This document shows positions 8,846 to 17,972 of a stretch of 64,000 nt of DNA, piece after piece. The stretch comes from Myxococcota bacterium (GTDB taxonomy: Bacteria; Myxococcota_A; UBA9160; UBA4427). The stretch is taken from positions 1,642-65,641 of the forward strand of contig JBNLVL010000010.1 in the NCBI GenBank assembly GCA_050618075.1. The letters are read 5' to 3'. Both the position numbers and the translations under genes were made by a program. Positions within the stretch are counted from its first letter, which is position 1. The number at the start of each line of letters is the position of its first letter. The notes beneath the pieces were generated by a model. That model did not search any database, was not told the origin of the DNA, and worked only from the letters and a program-made list of their open reading frames with translations.

Positions 8846-10888
8846 ATGCTTTCCGCCCTGCTCCGCCCGACCGCCGCCCTGTGGGCCGGCGTCGTGCTCT
8901 TCGCCGCCGGCGCCGCCCAGGCCGCCGGCACTCTCACCCCGGTCGGCTCGCCGGACGCGCCCATCCAGATCCGCGACCACCACGCGCAGGTGGTCATCCA
9001 GAACGGCTTCGCCCGCACCGAGGTCACCCAGACGTTCTTCAATCCCAACGCGACGGACCTCGAGGGGATCTACGCCTTTCCCATTCCCCGGAGCGCGAGC
9101 CTCTCCGAGATGACGGTGTTCGCGGGCGAGCTCCAGATCGACGGCGAGGTCGTCGCGCGCGAGCAGGCCGAACGCATCTACCAGGAGGAGAAGAGCCGGG
9201 GCGAGGACGCCGGGCTCGCATCCAAGAACGGCTACCAGACCTTCGAGTTCCGGGTGACCCCGATCCGCGCCCGGGCCGAGACCCGGGTGCGCTTCGTCTA
9301 CTACCAGCCCCTGGAGATCGACACCGGGGTCGGCCGCTATCTCTATCCCCTCGAAGACGGCGGGACCGACGAGATCGCCAAGAGCTTCTGGCTGACCAAC
9401 GCCCGGGTGGAGGGCCACTTCTCCGCGGAGATCGAGCTGAAGTCGGCGTGGCCCGTCAGCGAGGTGCGGGCCCCGGGCTTCGAGGACATCGCGGAGATCG
9501 AGGAGCTGGGCCCCGGACACACCCGGGTCCGCATCGACCGCCAGGGAGCCAGCCTGGACCGGGACCTGGTGTTCTACTACCGGCTCCAGGACGGCCTGCC
9601 GGGTCGTGTGGAGGTGATTCCCTACCGGCCCGACCCGAACGAGCCCGGCACGTTCATGATGGTGGTGACCCCGGGCCTCGACCTCGGCCCCATCGAGGGC
9701 GGGCGCGACTTCGCCTTCGTGCTCGACGTCTCCGGCAGCATGGCCGGCAAGATCCGGACCCTGGCCCACGGCGTGTCGAAGGCGCTCGGCGAGCTCGACC
9801 CCGACGACCGCTACCGCATCATCACCTTCGAGAGTCGCGCCCGGGAGCTCTCCCGCGGCTGGCAGGCGGCCACGCCGGACAACGTGGCGGCCACGCTGCA
9901 GGCGCTGGACCGCCTGGGCACCGGGGGCAGCACGAATCTCTACGAGGGCCTCGAGCTCGGCTTCGACTCCCTGGACGCGGATCGCGCGACGAGCGTGATC
10001 CTGGTGACCGACTCCGTCACCAACACGGGCGTGGTGGAGCCGAAGGCCTTCCACGCGCTGATGCAGGAGCACGACGTTCGCCTCTTCGGCTTCCTCATGG
10101 GCAACAGCGGCAACTGGCCTTTGATGCGGCTCATCACCGAGACCAGCGGCGGCTTCTACGCCCAGGTGTCCAACGCCGACGACGTCATCGGACAGATCCT
10201 GCTGGCCAAGGGCAAGGTGACCCACGAGGCGCTCCACGCGGCGCGGCTGCGCATCCGCGGCGTGAAGACCTTCGACACCACGGGCCAGGTCGTGGGCAAG
10301 GTGTACCGGGGCCAGCAGCTCGTGCTGTTCGGGCGCTACGCCGAGGCCGGCGAGGCCAGGCTTTCGCTGGAGGCGAGCCTCACCGGGGAGGACAAGACGT
10401 ACTCCACCTCCTTCGACTTCCCGGAGGTCGCGACGGACCACCCGGAGATCGAGCGTCTCTGGGCGCTGGCCCGCATCGAGGAGCTCGAAGCCCTCGCGCT
10501 CTCGGGGCTGATGGACGGGGTCGAGTCCGAGGACGCCATCCGCGACCTGGGCGTCGAGTACCAGCTGGTGACCGACGAGACCTCCATGCTGGTGCTCGCC
10601 GACGAGGCCTTCGAACGCCACGGCATCGAGCGGCGCAACCGCGACCGGGTGGCGGTCGAGCGCGCGGCCCGGTCGCGGCGCCAGGCCCAGCCGGTTCGCA
10701 GCCATCGGGTCGACGAGCGCAAGCCCGCCTTCGATCTGCCCTCCCCCTCGATCGGCGGCGGCGGCGGCGGCGCCATCGACCCGATGAGCGGCCTGCTGCT
10801 GCTGGCCGCCGGGGCGGCGGCCTGGCGCGGGCGCCGCAACGGCAACGACGACGGCGACGGTCGCGACCAGGACCCGGGGCGGTCGTGA
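8846..10888 (+). CDS. VIT + von Willebrand A domain protein with GlyGly-CTERM-like sorting tail
   Basis: ATG at 8846 with an AGGAG SD. Signal peptide MLSALLRPTAALWAGVVLFAAGAAQA. VIT-like N-domain. vWA MIDAS motif DVSGSM. C-terminus SIGGGGGGAIDPMSGLLLLAAGAAAWRGRR (Gly run, hydrophobic helix, basic cluster). Confidence 0.9.
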   Translation: MLSALLRPTAALWAGVVLFAAGAAQAAGTLTPVGSPDAPIQIRDHHAQVVIQNGFARTEVTQTFFNPNATDLEGIYAFPIPRSASLSEMTVFAGELQIDGEVVAREQAERIYQEEKSRGEDAGLASKNGYQTFEFRVTPIRARAETRVRFVYYQPLEIDTGVGRYLYPLEDGGTDEIAKSFWLTNARVEGHFSAEIELKSAWPVSEVRAPGFEDIAEIEELGPGHTRVRIDRQGASLDRDLVFYYRLQDGLPGRVEVIPYRPDPNEPGTFMMVVTPGLDLGPIEGGRDFAFVLDVSGSMAGKIRTLAHGVSKALGELDPDDRYRIITFESRARELSRGWQAATPDNVAATLQALDRLGTGGSTNLYEGLELGFDSLDADRATSVILVTDSVTNTGVVEPKAFHALMQEHDVRLFGFLMGNSGNWPLMRLITETSGGFYAQVSNADDVIGQILLAKGKVTHEALHAARLRIRGVKTFDTTGQVVGKVYRGQQLVLFGRYAEAGEARLSLEASLTGEDKTYSTSFDFPEVATDHPEIERLWALARIEELEALALSGLMDGVESEDAIRDLGVEYQLVTDETSMLVLADEAFERHGIERRNRDRVAVERAARSRRQAQPVRSHRVDERKPAFDLPSPSIGGGGGGAIDPMSGLLLLAAGAAAWRGRRNGNDDGDGRDQDPGRS

Positions 10889-11550
10889 TGCGCGAGGGAC
10901 CCTGGCTCTCGGCCGGGCTCACGGCGATCGCCGTGGGCCTGGCCTTCGTCCCCGGCGCCTTCGAGGCGCTGGTGCTCGACGCGGACGGGCTGGCTCGGGG
11001 CGAGCTCTGGCGCCTGCTGACGGGGCACTTCGTGCACTGGTCGACCGCCCACCGGGTCTGGGACGCGGGCGTCTTCTTCGCCCTGGCCGCCGTCTGCGAA
11101 CGCCAGGGCCGGCTCCGCCTGCTGGCGGGCGTGGGGCTCGCCGGGCTCGGGGTCTCGCTCGGGGTGCTCGCCCTGCAGCCCGAGCTCGACCGCTACGCCG
11201 GGCTCTCCGGCATCGTCTGCAGCCTCTCGGCCTGGCTGGTCCTCGACTGGATGGCCGCCCAGTGGCGACTCGGGCGGCGCCGGGGGGTCTGGCTCGGGAT
11301 GGCCGGGGCCGGGGCCTTCGCCCTCAAGCTCGGATTCGAGTGGGCCACGGGGACCGCGCTGTTCGCCGGGGAGCTCGCGCCCGGTGTGGTGCCGGTTCCG
11401 TTGGCCCACCTGCTGGGCGCTGGCCTCGGCCTGCTGCTGGGCGCCGGCCTCGGCCTGCTGCCGGGCGCTGGCCTCGGCCCGCTGCCGGGCGCCGGCCTCG
11501 GCCCGCTGCCGGGTGCGCCCCTCGGCCCGGCCCGGGAGACCCCGTCGTGA
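10888..11550 (+). CDS. rrtA: rhombosortase-like rhomboid-family intramembrane serine protease
   Basis: ATG overlaps the upstream TGA (TGATG). It is the tail of track ORF 8794..11550. Multi-TM protein with LLTGHFVHWSTAH, the catalytic-Ser motif YAGLSGIV and a downstream His (PLAHLLG). It sits adjacent to a GlyGly-CTERM-like protein. Confidence 0.7.
   Translation: MREGPWLSAGLTAIAVGLAFVPGAFEALVLDADGLARGELWRLLTGHFVHWSTAHRVWDAGVFFALAAVCERQGRLRLLAGVGLAGLGVSLGVLALQPELDRYAGLSGIVCSLSAWLVLDWMAAQWRLGRRRGVWLGMAGAGAFALKLGFEWATGTALFAGELAPGVVPVPLAHLLGAGLGLLLGAGLGLLPGAGLGPLPGAGLGPLPGAPLGPARETPS
11416..11511 (+). repeat. 24-bp in-frame tandem repeat (4 copies) in the rhombosortase 3' end
   Basis: ggcgc(t/c)ggcctcggcc(t/c)gctgc(t/c)g occurs 4 times and encodes GAGLGLLL/GAGLGLLP/GAGLGPLP/GAGLGPLP. 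Confidence 0.85.
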
Positions 11551-12761
11551 GCGAGCTCATCTGTGCCGACGAGCGGCGCATCGACGCCCGCGCCCGGCGC
11601 TGCGCCGCCCGGTGCTCGCGCGACGCGCGCCGACCGCGCAGCCGCTGGACCCGCCCCGCGCGCAAGCTCGGCGCCGGCCTCGCCCGGGCGCTCCGCCAGC
11701 TCCGCGATGGCCTGCGGCGGCACTGGGACGTGGGGGTGTTCGACCTGGCCTTCGGCTCGCTGAAGGCCTTCGGCATCTACCCGGCGCTGTTCGCCCTGGG
11801 CCTCGGCTGGACGATCCCGCTGGCCGAGTACGCGCCGCTCAACACCCAGCTGTGGACCGCCGGCTACCTCGTGCTGCGCCGGCGGATCGCCAGCGCCCTC
11901 GGGCGCCGCCGCTTCGGAGAGAGCCTCGAGCAGCTCGAGGCACGCCGGGCGACGTACCTGGGCCACCCGGTCTCCGACGACCTGGCCCGCCATCATCTCG
12001 AGTTCGGGGGCGAGCGGCGGGTGATCGTGGTCCGCCGCAGCCGCTGGCGCCCCATCGTCCGGCGACTCCGGGGCCTCCCGCCCGAGACCGACGTCGTCGC
12101 CCCCGCAGAGCTGCGGCGCTGGCTCGCGGACCCCGAGCTCGCGCTCGCCGCGGAGCGGCACCGCCACAATCCCCTGCTCTACGAGCGGGTCCTGCTCCAC
12201 CTGCTGTGGGACCGGGCCGAGGGGCGCCGGGCGCTCGAGGCCCGACTCCAGCCCGAGGCCCGCGCGACGGCCGACGCCCGCGGCCTCGAGCCGACCCTCG
12301 AATGGACCCGGGCCGTCCTGGCCGACCAGACCGACCGCCTGGCGGCGCGCCTCCGCGGAGGCGGCTGCCTGGCCTGGGCGCTGCGGTTCCTGCACGGCGC
12401 CTACGGGCGAAAGATCCGGAGCCTGTCGGTCGATGTCCAGGACACCACCCACCGCCTGCTGGCCGCTCTCGCCCACGACCCGAGCGCGGCCGGCGAGCCG
12501 GAGCGGTCGCGGCTTCGCCGCGAGCTGGCAGGACACCGGGAGCAACTCGTGATCTGGATGCGACGGAGCGAGGCCTTCGTGGAGCGGACCGACGGCCTGG
12601 GCGGCCGCGCGGCGCGGACCCGGGCCCTGGCGCGGGAGCTCGCCCTCGCCCGCTCCTCGGGTCTGGCGGCCCGGCGGGCCGCAGCCGCCGCCCGGCTCGC
12701 CGCCGCTCGGCCGGGAGCGCGCCCGGGCCTGTCTGCGGCACTCTCTGGAACCGGGAGGTGA
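11547..12761 (+). CDS. hypothetical protein coupled to rhombosortase
   Basis: GTG at 11547 overlaps the rhombosortase TGA (GTGA). It is the in-frame distal part of track ORF 11262..12761. One or two hydrophobic segments (FGIYPALFALGLGWTIPLA). The rest is Arg/Ala-rich helical, and the start is uncertain. Confidence 0.5.
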   Translation: MSELICADERRIDARARRCAARCSRDARRPRSRWTRPARKLGAGLARALRQLRDGLRRHWDVGVFDLAFGSLKAFGIYPALFALGLGWTIPLAEYAPLNTQLWTAGYLVLRRRIASALGRRRFGESLEQLEARRATYLGHPVSDDLARHHLEFGGERRVIVVRRSRWRPIVRRLRGLPPETDVVAPAELRRWLADPELALAAERHRHNPLLYERVLLHLLWDRAEGRRALEARLQPEARATADARGLEPTLEWTRAVLADQTDRLAARLRGGGCLAWALRFLHGAYGRKIRSLSVDVQDTTHRLLAALAHDPSAAGEPERSRLRRELAGHREQLVIWMRRSEAFVERTDGLGGRAARTRALARELALARSSGLAARRAAAAARLAAARPGARPGLSAALSGTGR

Positions 12762-12765
12762 CACG

Positions 12766-14910
12766 ATGAGCGGAGCGGACCCGTCCGCCCCCACGCCTGC
12801 GAGCGCGAGCCCGGCGCGGCCCACGCCGTCCAACGTCTTCGCGTCGCTCACCCGGCTCGAGCGGGAGCTCGAGGCCGAGTGGACCGACCTGCAGGATCGC
12901 GGGTACGGCTTCTCCGGAGTCCAGTCGCTGCTGGCCAAGCAGGCGGGCCCGGAGCGGAGCGAGACCCTGGGCAGCGCCGCTGCGGCCCAGGCCGAGTTCC
13001 TGGACCGCCTCGACGCCTATCAGCGGATCCAGCAGACGCACTTCATGGAGCAGGTCACGGCCGAGCTCGACCGCGCCATGGAGACCCTGGTGTCCTTCTA
13101 CGGACGCCGGCGGGCCCGCGGCCTGGCCCGGCGCCACGCGCGCCTGCAGCGACTGGCCTCCCGCTACGCCGAGCTCGAGCCGCTCTACGGAACGCCCCGG
13201 GACCACCAGCGCATCGCGGTCTACCAGCGCTTCTACGCCGGTGTCGTCGCCTTCTCGAAGCGCATCCGGGCCCTCGACCCCACCATGCCCGAGAGCCCGC
13301 CTCCGAGCCTGGTCGACCGCGCCTACGGCCTCGCCCGCGCTCTGGGTCAGACCCTGCGCCGCCTGGGCCCGGCGCTGCGCATGGGACTCGCGTTCCTCCG
13401 GGCACTCGTCGTGGTGTTCGCACGCCGCGACCCCACGCCGGGCCGGACGGGCACGCCGTTCACCGGGCGGGTCGACGACCTGTTCCGCGCCTGGGGCGAC
13501 TTCCTGGGCTACCGGGTCGAGGTGAGCGGGCGCGAACGCCTGCCCGACGACGACGGGGCCACGATCCAGATCTTCGCGCCCGCCCACCGGCACGGCGTCA
13601 GCGACAACGTCACCTTCGCCCACCTGGGGCTGCGCGACTACCTCGTCTTCAACGCCGTCGACCAGCTGCCCATCCTGCCCCGCTTCCTCAAGGACCGCAT
13701 GGCCGAGACCCCGGGCCTCATCGCCGTGGGCGGCGGCCGCGGCTCCGCGGTAGAACGCGCCCTGGCGGAGCTCGACCGCGGAGTGTCGCGCAATCTGCTG
13801 ATCTATCCCGAAGGCAGCGTCTCCGAGGGCTTCCGCGGAACCCGCCCGCCCCGTCCGAACTTCGGCGACGCGCTCGTCCCGGCCATCCGCGACGCCGGGC
13901 TGGCCCTGCGCATCGTGCCGGTCACGTATCCGGACAACGCGCGCTTCCTGGACCTGCCGGAGCGCTCTCGCGCCCCGGCCCGGCGGCGCCGCCGGGTGGT
14001 CGTGGGCGAGCCCCTCGAGTCCGCGTCCCTGGATGCCCTGGCCCGGGCCGGTGGGGGCGCCTTCGTCAATCGCATGGTCCGGCTCGCCTGGCTGGAGCAG
14101 CTCGCCCGCGACGACCACCACTTCCTGGGCATGGATCGGGCGGCCGCCATCGAAGCGCGCCTCGACCTGGAGCTCGACGGCATCCGCTACTGGGGGTCGC
14201 TCGAGTCCGCGCCGACGCCGGATCTCCTGACCACGGACTCCCAGGAGCCCGTCGCGGTGAGCGAGGAGCCCTTCCGCGGCAAGCGCGTGCGGGTCTTCAC
14301 GCTCCCCGGGAGCGCGGCGCGCGGCGACGGGCGCATCCCCCTGCGCAACCTCGAGGCGCCGGACTCGAAGGAGCTGCTGGTCGGCATCCGGCCCCCTTCG
14401 CACATCTACGTCTCGGTCGGCCGGCAGCGCTTCGACGGGGACATCCTGCGGCCCCTCGCCGTGAAGGAACGGGACACGATCTTCTCCGGCATCATCATCC
14501 GCTTCGTCGGGGTCCCCGTGAAGTCGATCCACGCGATCCGGCGCAAGCTCGAGGAGTACGCCGGGCGCGAGCAGCGGACGCTCACCTGCGCGAACTCGGC
14601 CTGCCGGCTGATCGCCCGGGCCGCCAACCTCGAGATCGACGATCACGCGGACTACCGGCCCTTCCTGCCGAGCCACGTGCTGCCCACCCGCACCATCCGC
14701 AAGCTGATCGAGCGCGGCGTGCGCAACCACGCCGGCGAGGCGGTGGAGATCCAGATCTACAAGACCGACGACCGGTCGCTCGAGGCCATCCTGGCCGAGG
14801 CCCGGCGCCAGGAGATCCAGATCGCCTGGAACCACCTGGAGCTGCTCTCGGTGGGTCTGTGGCGCGCGCTCTCGAAGCGCCTGCGAAGAGCGCGGGGGCG
14901 CGACGCCTGA
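12766..14910 (+). CDS. large protein with a PlsC/LPLAT-like acyltransferase core
   Basis: Starts 5 nt after the previous stop. The central region contains FAPAHRHGVSD (a degenerate HX4D-like block) and LLIYPEGSVSEG (acyltransferase block III-like). The N- and C-terminal regions were not recognised. Confidence 0.65.
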   Translation: MSGADPSAPTPASASPARPTPSNVFASLTRLERELEAEWTDLQDRGYGFSGVQSLLAKQAGPERSETLGSAAAAQAEFLDRLDAYQRIQQTHFMEQVTAELDRAMETLVSFYGRRRARGLARRHARLQRLASRYAELEPLYGTPRDHQRIAVYQRFYAGVVAFSKRIRALDPTMPESPPPSLVDRAYGLARALGQTLRRLGPALRMGLAFLRALVVVFARRDPTPGRTGTPFTGRVDDLFRAWGDFLGYRVEVSGRERLPDDDGATIQIFAPAHRHGVSDNVTFAHLGLRDYLVFNAVDQLPILPRFLKDRMAETPGLIAVGGGRGSAVERALAELDRGVSRNLLIYPEGSVSEGFRGTRPPRPNFGDALVPAIRDAGLALRIVPVTYPDNARFLDLPERSRAPARRRRRVVVGEPLESASLDALARAGGGAFVNRMVRLAWLEQLARDDHHFLGMDRAAAIEARLDLELDGIRYWGSLESAPTPDLLTTDSQEPVAVSEEPFRGKRVRVFTLPGSAARGDGRIPLRNLEAPDSKELLVGIRPPSHIYVSVGRQRFDGDILRPLAVKERDTIFSGIIIRFVGVPVKSIHAIRRKLEEYAGREQRTLTCANSACRLIARAANLEIDDHADYRPFLPSHVLPTRTIRKLIERGVRNHAGEAVEIQIYKTDDRSLEAILAEARRQEIQIAWNHLELLSVGLWRALSKRLRRARGRDA

Positions 14911-14929
14911 CCCCTCGGCGACCCGATCC

Positions 14930-17900
14930 TCAGTCGGGCTGGAGCGAGCCGGGAAAGAGCGTGCGCCCCACGCCGGGGTGGCCGAAGCCGACCTCCTCCG
15001 GCGACACCCTGCGCCCGCGCAGGTACTCGTAGAGCCCGATCGGCACCTGGCCGTTCACCAGCGCCCGGGGGCGCCCTCGCCCGGCGGCGAGCGCGACCGG
15101 CGCGCCCCAGAAGCCGGCGAAGGCGTCCTTCTCGTGGAACGACTCGCCGGCGTGGCGTCCGGGGACCAGCGAGTTGTAGCCGACCCCTTCACGCGGGAAG
15201 AGGTTCACGCTGCCCGCACGCGCGCTGTCGTAGAGATGGGCGAGCTGCACCACCGAGTCGGGCCGCGCGGTGTAGCTCGTGAGCGCCCGCCACTCGGCCT
15301 CGCTGCACCAGCTCCGGGGCGAGGGCTCTCGGGACGCGCGCAGGCAGCGCTCCCGGAGCGCGGCGTGGGTCTGCCGGTCGGCGTCGGAGAGCGTCTGGTA
15401 GGGCGTCGGTCGGTCCGTGCCCAGCAGATCGGCCCCGCTGAAGCGGTAGGCCACCCGCCCGCCCCGGCGCGTGATCCAGCCGTCGGCGCGCTCGCCGCCG
15501 CGCAGGCCCACCACGCGCACCCCACCCCCGGACGCATCGCAGGGCGCTTCGCGCACCACCAGGTAGTCGAGGGTGTCGCCCAGCCGGCCGAGGATCTCGC
15601 CGACGACGTCCACCCGGACCGGCTCCGCCGCCTGCGTCCGCGGGATCAGGGCCAGCGACTCGAGCTGGGCGCGGAGCGGCTGCTCGGCCCAGCCGGTCCC
15701 CTGGTCGCGGAAGAAGTCGAGCATGTAGTTGCCCCCCGCGGTCGAGGCGACCACCACGTCGTAGCCCTTCACCTCCGGAGGATCGAACGGGTTGTTGAGC
15801 TTCGGCCCCTCGCCTTCGTCCGAGGAGATCTTCAGCACTCGGAAGTCGACGCCCTCCTCGCGCAGGGCGTCGAAGATCACCTCCTCGGGGTTCAGCAGGT
15901 GGAACGCGGGGGCCAGGCCGTGGTCCCCGGCCATCCCGAAGAGCGTGCGCCCCTCCACTCCGCCTTCGCGATAGATCTCCGCGAGAACGCCCAGCCAATG
16001 GTCGAGCCGCGCCAGCTCGCCCGAGGGTCCGATGATCTCGTCGCTGAACGGACCCTTGAAGTGGGCGAAGTGGTCGGGCCAGGGGTTGTAGTAGATCAGC
16101 AGCTCGGGGAGGGTCTCCTGCTCGAGGGCCGCGATCTCCTCGAGGGCCCGGCGCGCCAGCGCCCGGCGATCGCGGCGTTCGCTCCGGGACAGGAGCCGCC
16201 AGACCGGGACCTCGCGCACGAGCTCTTCGCGGTCCCGCAGCAGCTCTCCGCGCAGGCGCCGAAGCCTCTGCTCGTTGTGGGCCCGGCGCCGCAGCGCGGT
16301 CATGCACAGGCGCTCGGCGAAGTCCCGCTGGGACTCGCCGAGCGCGAGGTTCAGGAAGGCGTCGATGCCGTCGTGAGAGGCCTCGTCGTACTGCGCCGCG
16401 CAGGCGTAGGAGCCCTGCCGCGGCAGCCGGTCGAAGAGCGTGCGCATGCCCGCCTCCCGGGTGAGGGGCAGGAGTCGGAGCGCGTCGTTGCCGAAGAAGT
16501 AGTAGGGCCGTCCGGTGAGGCGTCCGTTCCGGCGGTACTCCCGATCGACGAAGTGGAAGTTGGGGACCCCCGTGCCGCCGGGCCCGGCCACCGGCGCGCC
16601 GGTCCAGGCGATGGGCAGATTGCGCACGCTGATGGTCGGCGTGGTGGAGAGGCCGCCGCGGGCCACACCGTCCGGCCGGCGGGCGTCTCCCGGACCGTCG
16701 TCCCGATAGAGGTCCCGGAAGAACGGGAGGTAGCGCGGGTCCTCCTCGGCGCGACCGACCCGGCTCGCGAGGTAGCGGATCTGCTGGGCCGGTGCGGCCC
16801 GCGGCTCGCCCACCGTCGGACGCGGCCCCCCGGCCCGCCGTTGCTCGCCCAGGACCGCGCGCAGGAACGGGTCCTCGGCGCTTCCGCGCGCCAGGGCCTC
16901 GACCAGGTGCCCCTGGAGACCATCGACCACCACGAGCACCGCGTAGCGCCGGCCGTGGTTGGCGTCGCCGAGAAAGCGCCACAGGGCGCCGCCATCGGGA
17001 CGCTCGAACTCCTGCAGGAGCCAGGTGCGCAGCTGCTGCTCCCGGACCAGCCGGGTCGCGAAGATCCGGTAGCTGCGGCACACCATGCGGTCGAGGAACT
17101 CGATGCCCGAGGCCGTCACCGTCTCCAGGCGCTCGGGATCGTCGAGGACGAGGTCGACGAAGTCGGCCAGCTCGCCTTCGAGGGCGAGCCGATCGCGCAG
17201 GTCGACCACCAGACGGCGGACCAGGGGCCGGGTGCGCACCACCGCCGCTCGGAGCCGGCCGGGGTCCTCTCGACGCGCACACGAGGCCAGCTCTTCGCCC
17301 AGCCCGGCCTCCGCCTCCACCTGGCTCAGGTAGAGCGCGTCGTAGAGCGTGACGATCCGCCCGGACAGCTCCGGGTCGAGGGAGAACCCGGCGCCGCCCT
17401 CCTCCGTGTCTCCGGCCCCGGAGTCCGAGGGCGCCCACGCGAACAGGCTGTGCTCCATGCCCGGAAGGTCCTCGTCGGGCCCATAGCGCTGCCGCAGCAC
17501 CGCCTCGAACGGCGCCTCCGCGTCCTCTCCCACGGAGTACCGGTCCTTGACGGCCATGAGGAACGGAACGATCTCGTCGACCAGCACCGGGGACCCGATC
17601 CGGTCGCGAACCCGCTGGCGCACCTCCGGATCGAGCTCGAGCTCGTCGATCCAGTCCTCGAGCCGGGCGCGCACGACGATCGGCATGGCGAGCGCATATG
17701 GGACGCGAAGGGCCCAGGCCGTGACGTCGTAGATCTGCTCGTAGAGGAGCTGGGCGCGAACCCGGAGCGGGTCGAACGGCTCCGATCCCGCCGGCCGGGC
17801 AGCCAGCAGGGCCAGCAGGACCAGCAGGACGAGAGCCCGGACGCCGACTCCCAGCCGGGCGCGCGCCGCCCCCGCCCGTCCCGAGACCCGCGCCCGCGGC

Positions 17901-17953
17901 GCGCGGCCACGCCGCCCGCGAGCTCGCCGACCGGCGGCCGGATCGATCGTCAT
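14930..17953 (-). CDS. alkaline-phosphatase-superfamily (nucleotide pyrophosphatase/phosphodiesterase-like) protein, 1007 aa
   Basis: ATG at 17953. Basic n-region plus hydrophobic signal or anchor (ALVLLVLLALLAARPAGS). Metal-site-like blocks YAVLVVVDGLQGH and FGMAGDHGL. It follows the sulfatase by 20 nt on the same strand. Confidence 0.7.
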   Translation of the reverse strand: MTIDPAAGRRARGRRGRAPRARVSGRAGAARARLGVGVRALVLLVLLALLAARPAGSEPFDPLRVRAQLLYEQIYDVTAWALRVPYALAMPIVVRARLEDWIDELELDPEVRQRVRDRIGSPVLVDEIVPFLMAVKDRYSVGEDAEAPFEAVLRQRYGPDEDLPGMEHSLFAWAPSDSGAGDTEEGGAGFSLDPELSGRIVTLYDALYLSQVEAEAGLGEELASCARREDPGRLRAAVVRTRPLVRRLVVDLRDRLALEGELADFVDLVLDDPERLETVTASGIEFLDRMVCRSYRIFATRLVREQQLRTWLLQEFERPDGGALWRFLGDANHGRRYAVLVVVDGLQGHLVEALARGSAEDPFLRAVLGEQRRAGGPRPTVGEPRAAPAQQIRYLASRVGRAEEDPRYLPFFRDLYRDDGPGDARRPDGVARGGLSTTPTISVRNLPIAWTGAPVAGPGGTGVPNFHFVDREYRRNGRLTGRPYYFFGNDALRLLPLTREAGMRTLFDRLPRQGSYACAAQYDEASHDGIDAFLNLALGESQRDFAERLCMTALRRRAHNEQRLRRLRGELLRDREELVREVPVWRLLSRSERRDRRALARRALEEIAALEQETLPELLIYYNPWPDHFAHFKGPFSDEIIGPSGELARLDHWLGVLAEIYREGGVEGRTLFGMAGDHGLAPAFHLLNPEEVIFDALREEGVDFRVLKISSDEGEGPKLNNPFDPPEVKGYDVVVASTAGGNYMLDFFRDQGTGWAEQPLRAQLESLALIPRTQAAEPVRVDVVGEILGRLGDTLDYLVVREAPCDASGGGVRVVGLRGGERADGWITRRGGRVAYRFSGADLLGTDRPTPYQTLSDADRQTHAALRERCLRASREPSPRSWCSEAEWRALTSYTARPDSVVQLAHLYDSARAGSVNLFPREGVGYNSLVPGRHAGESFHEKDAFAGFWGAPVALAAGRGRPRALVNGQVPIGLYEYLRGRRVSPEEVGFGHPGVGRTLFPGSLQPD

Positions 17954-17972
17954 TCGGTTGCCCCGCGGCCCG

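Noticed and set aside
7067-10705. 1212-aa minus-strand ORF spanning the sigma-54 activator and the VIT-vWA gene. The same class of long ORFs occurs at 43736..47521, 11839..14835, 14978..18055, 38198..41560 and 60389..63097.
   Set aside because: All are Arg/Gly/Pro/Ala/Val-rich. All run antisense or out of frame to genes with clear catalytic motifs, and none has a recognisable domain.
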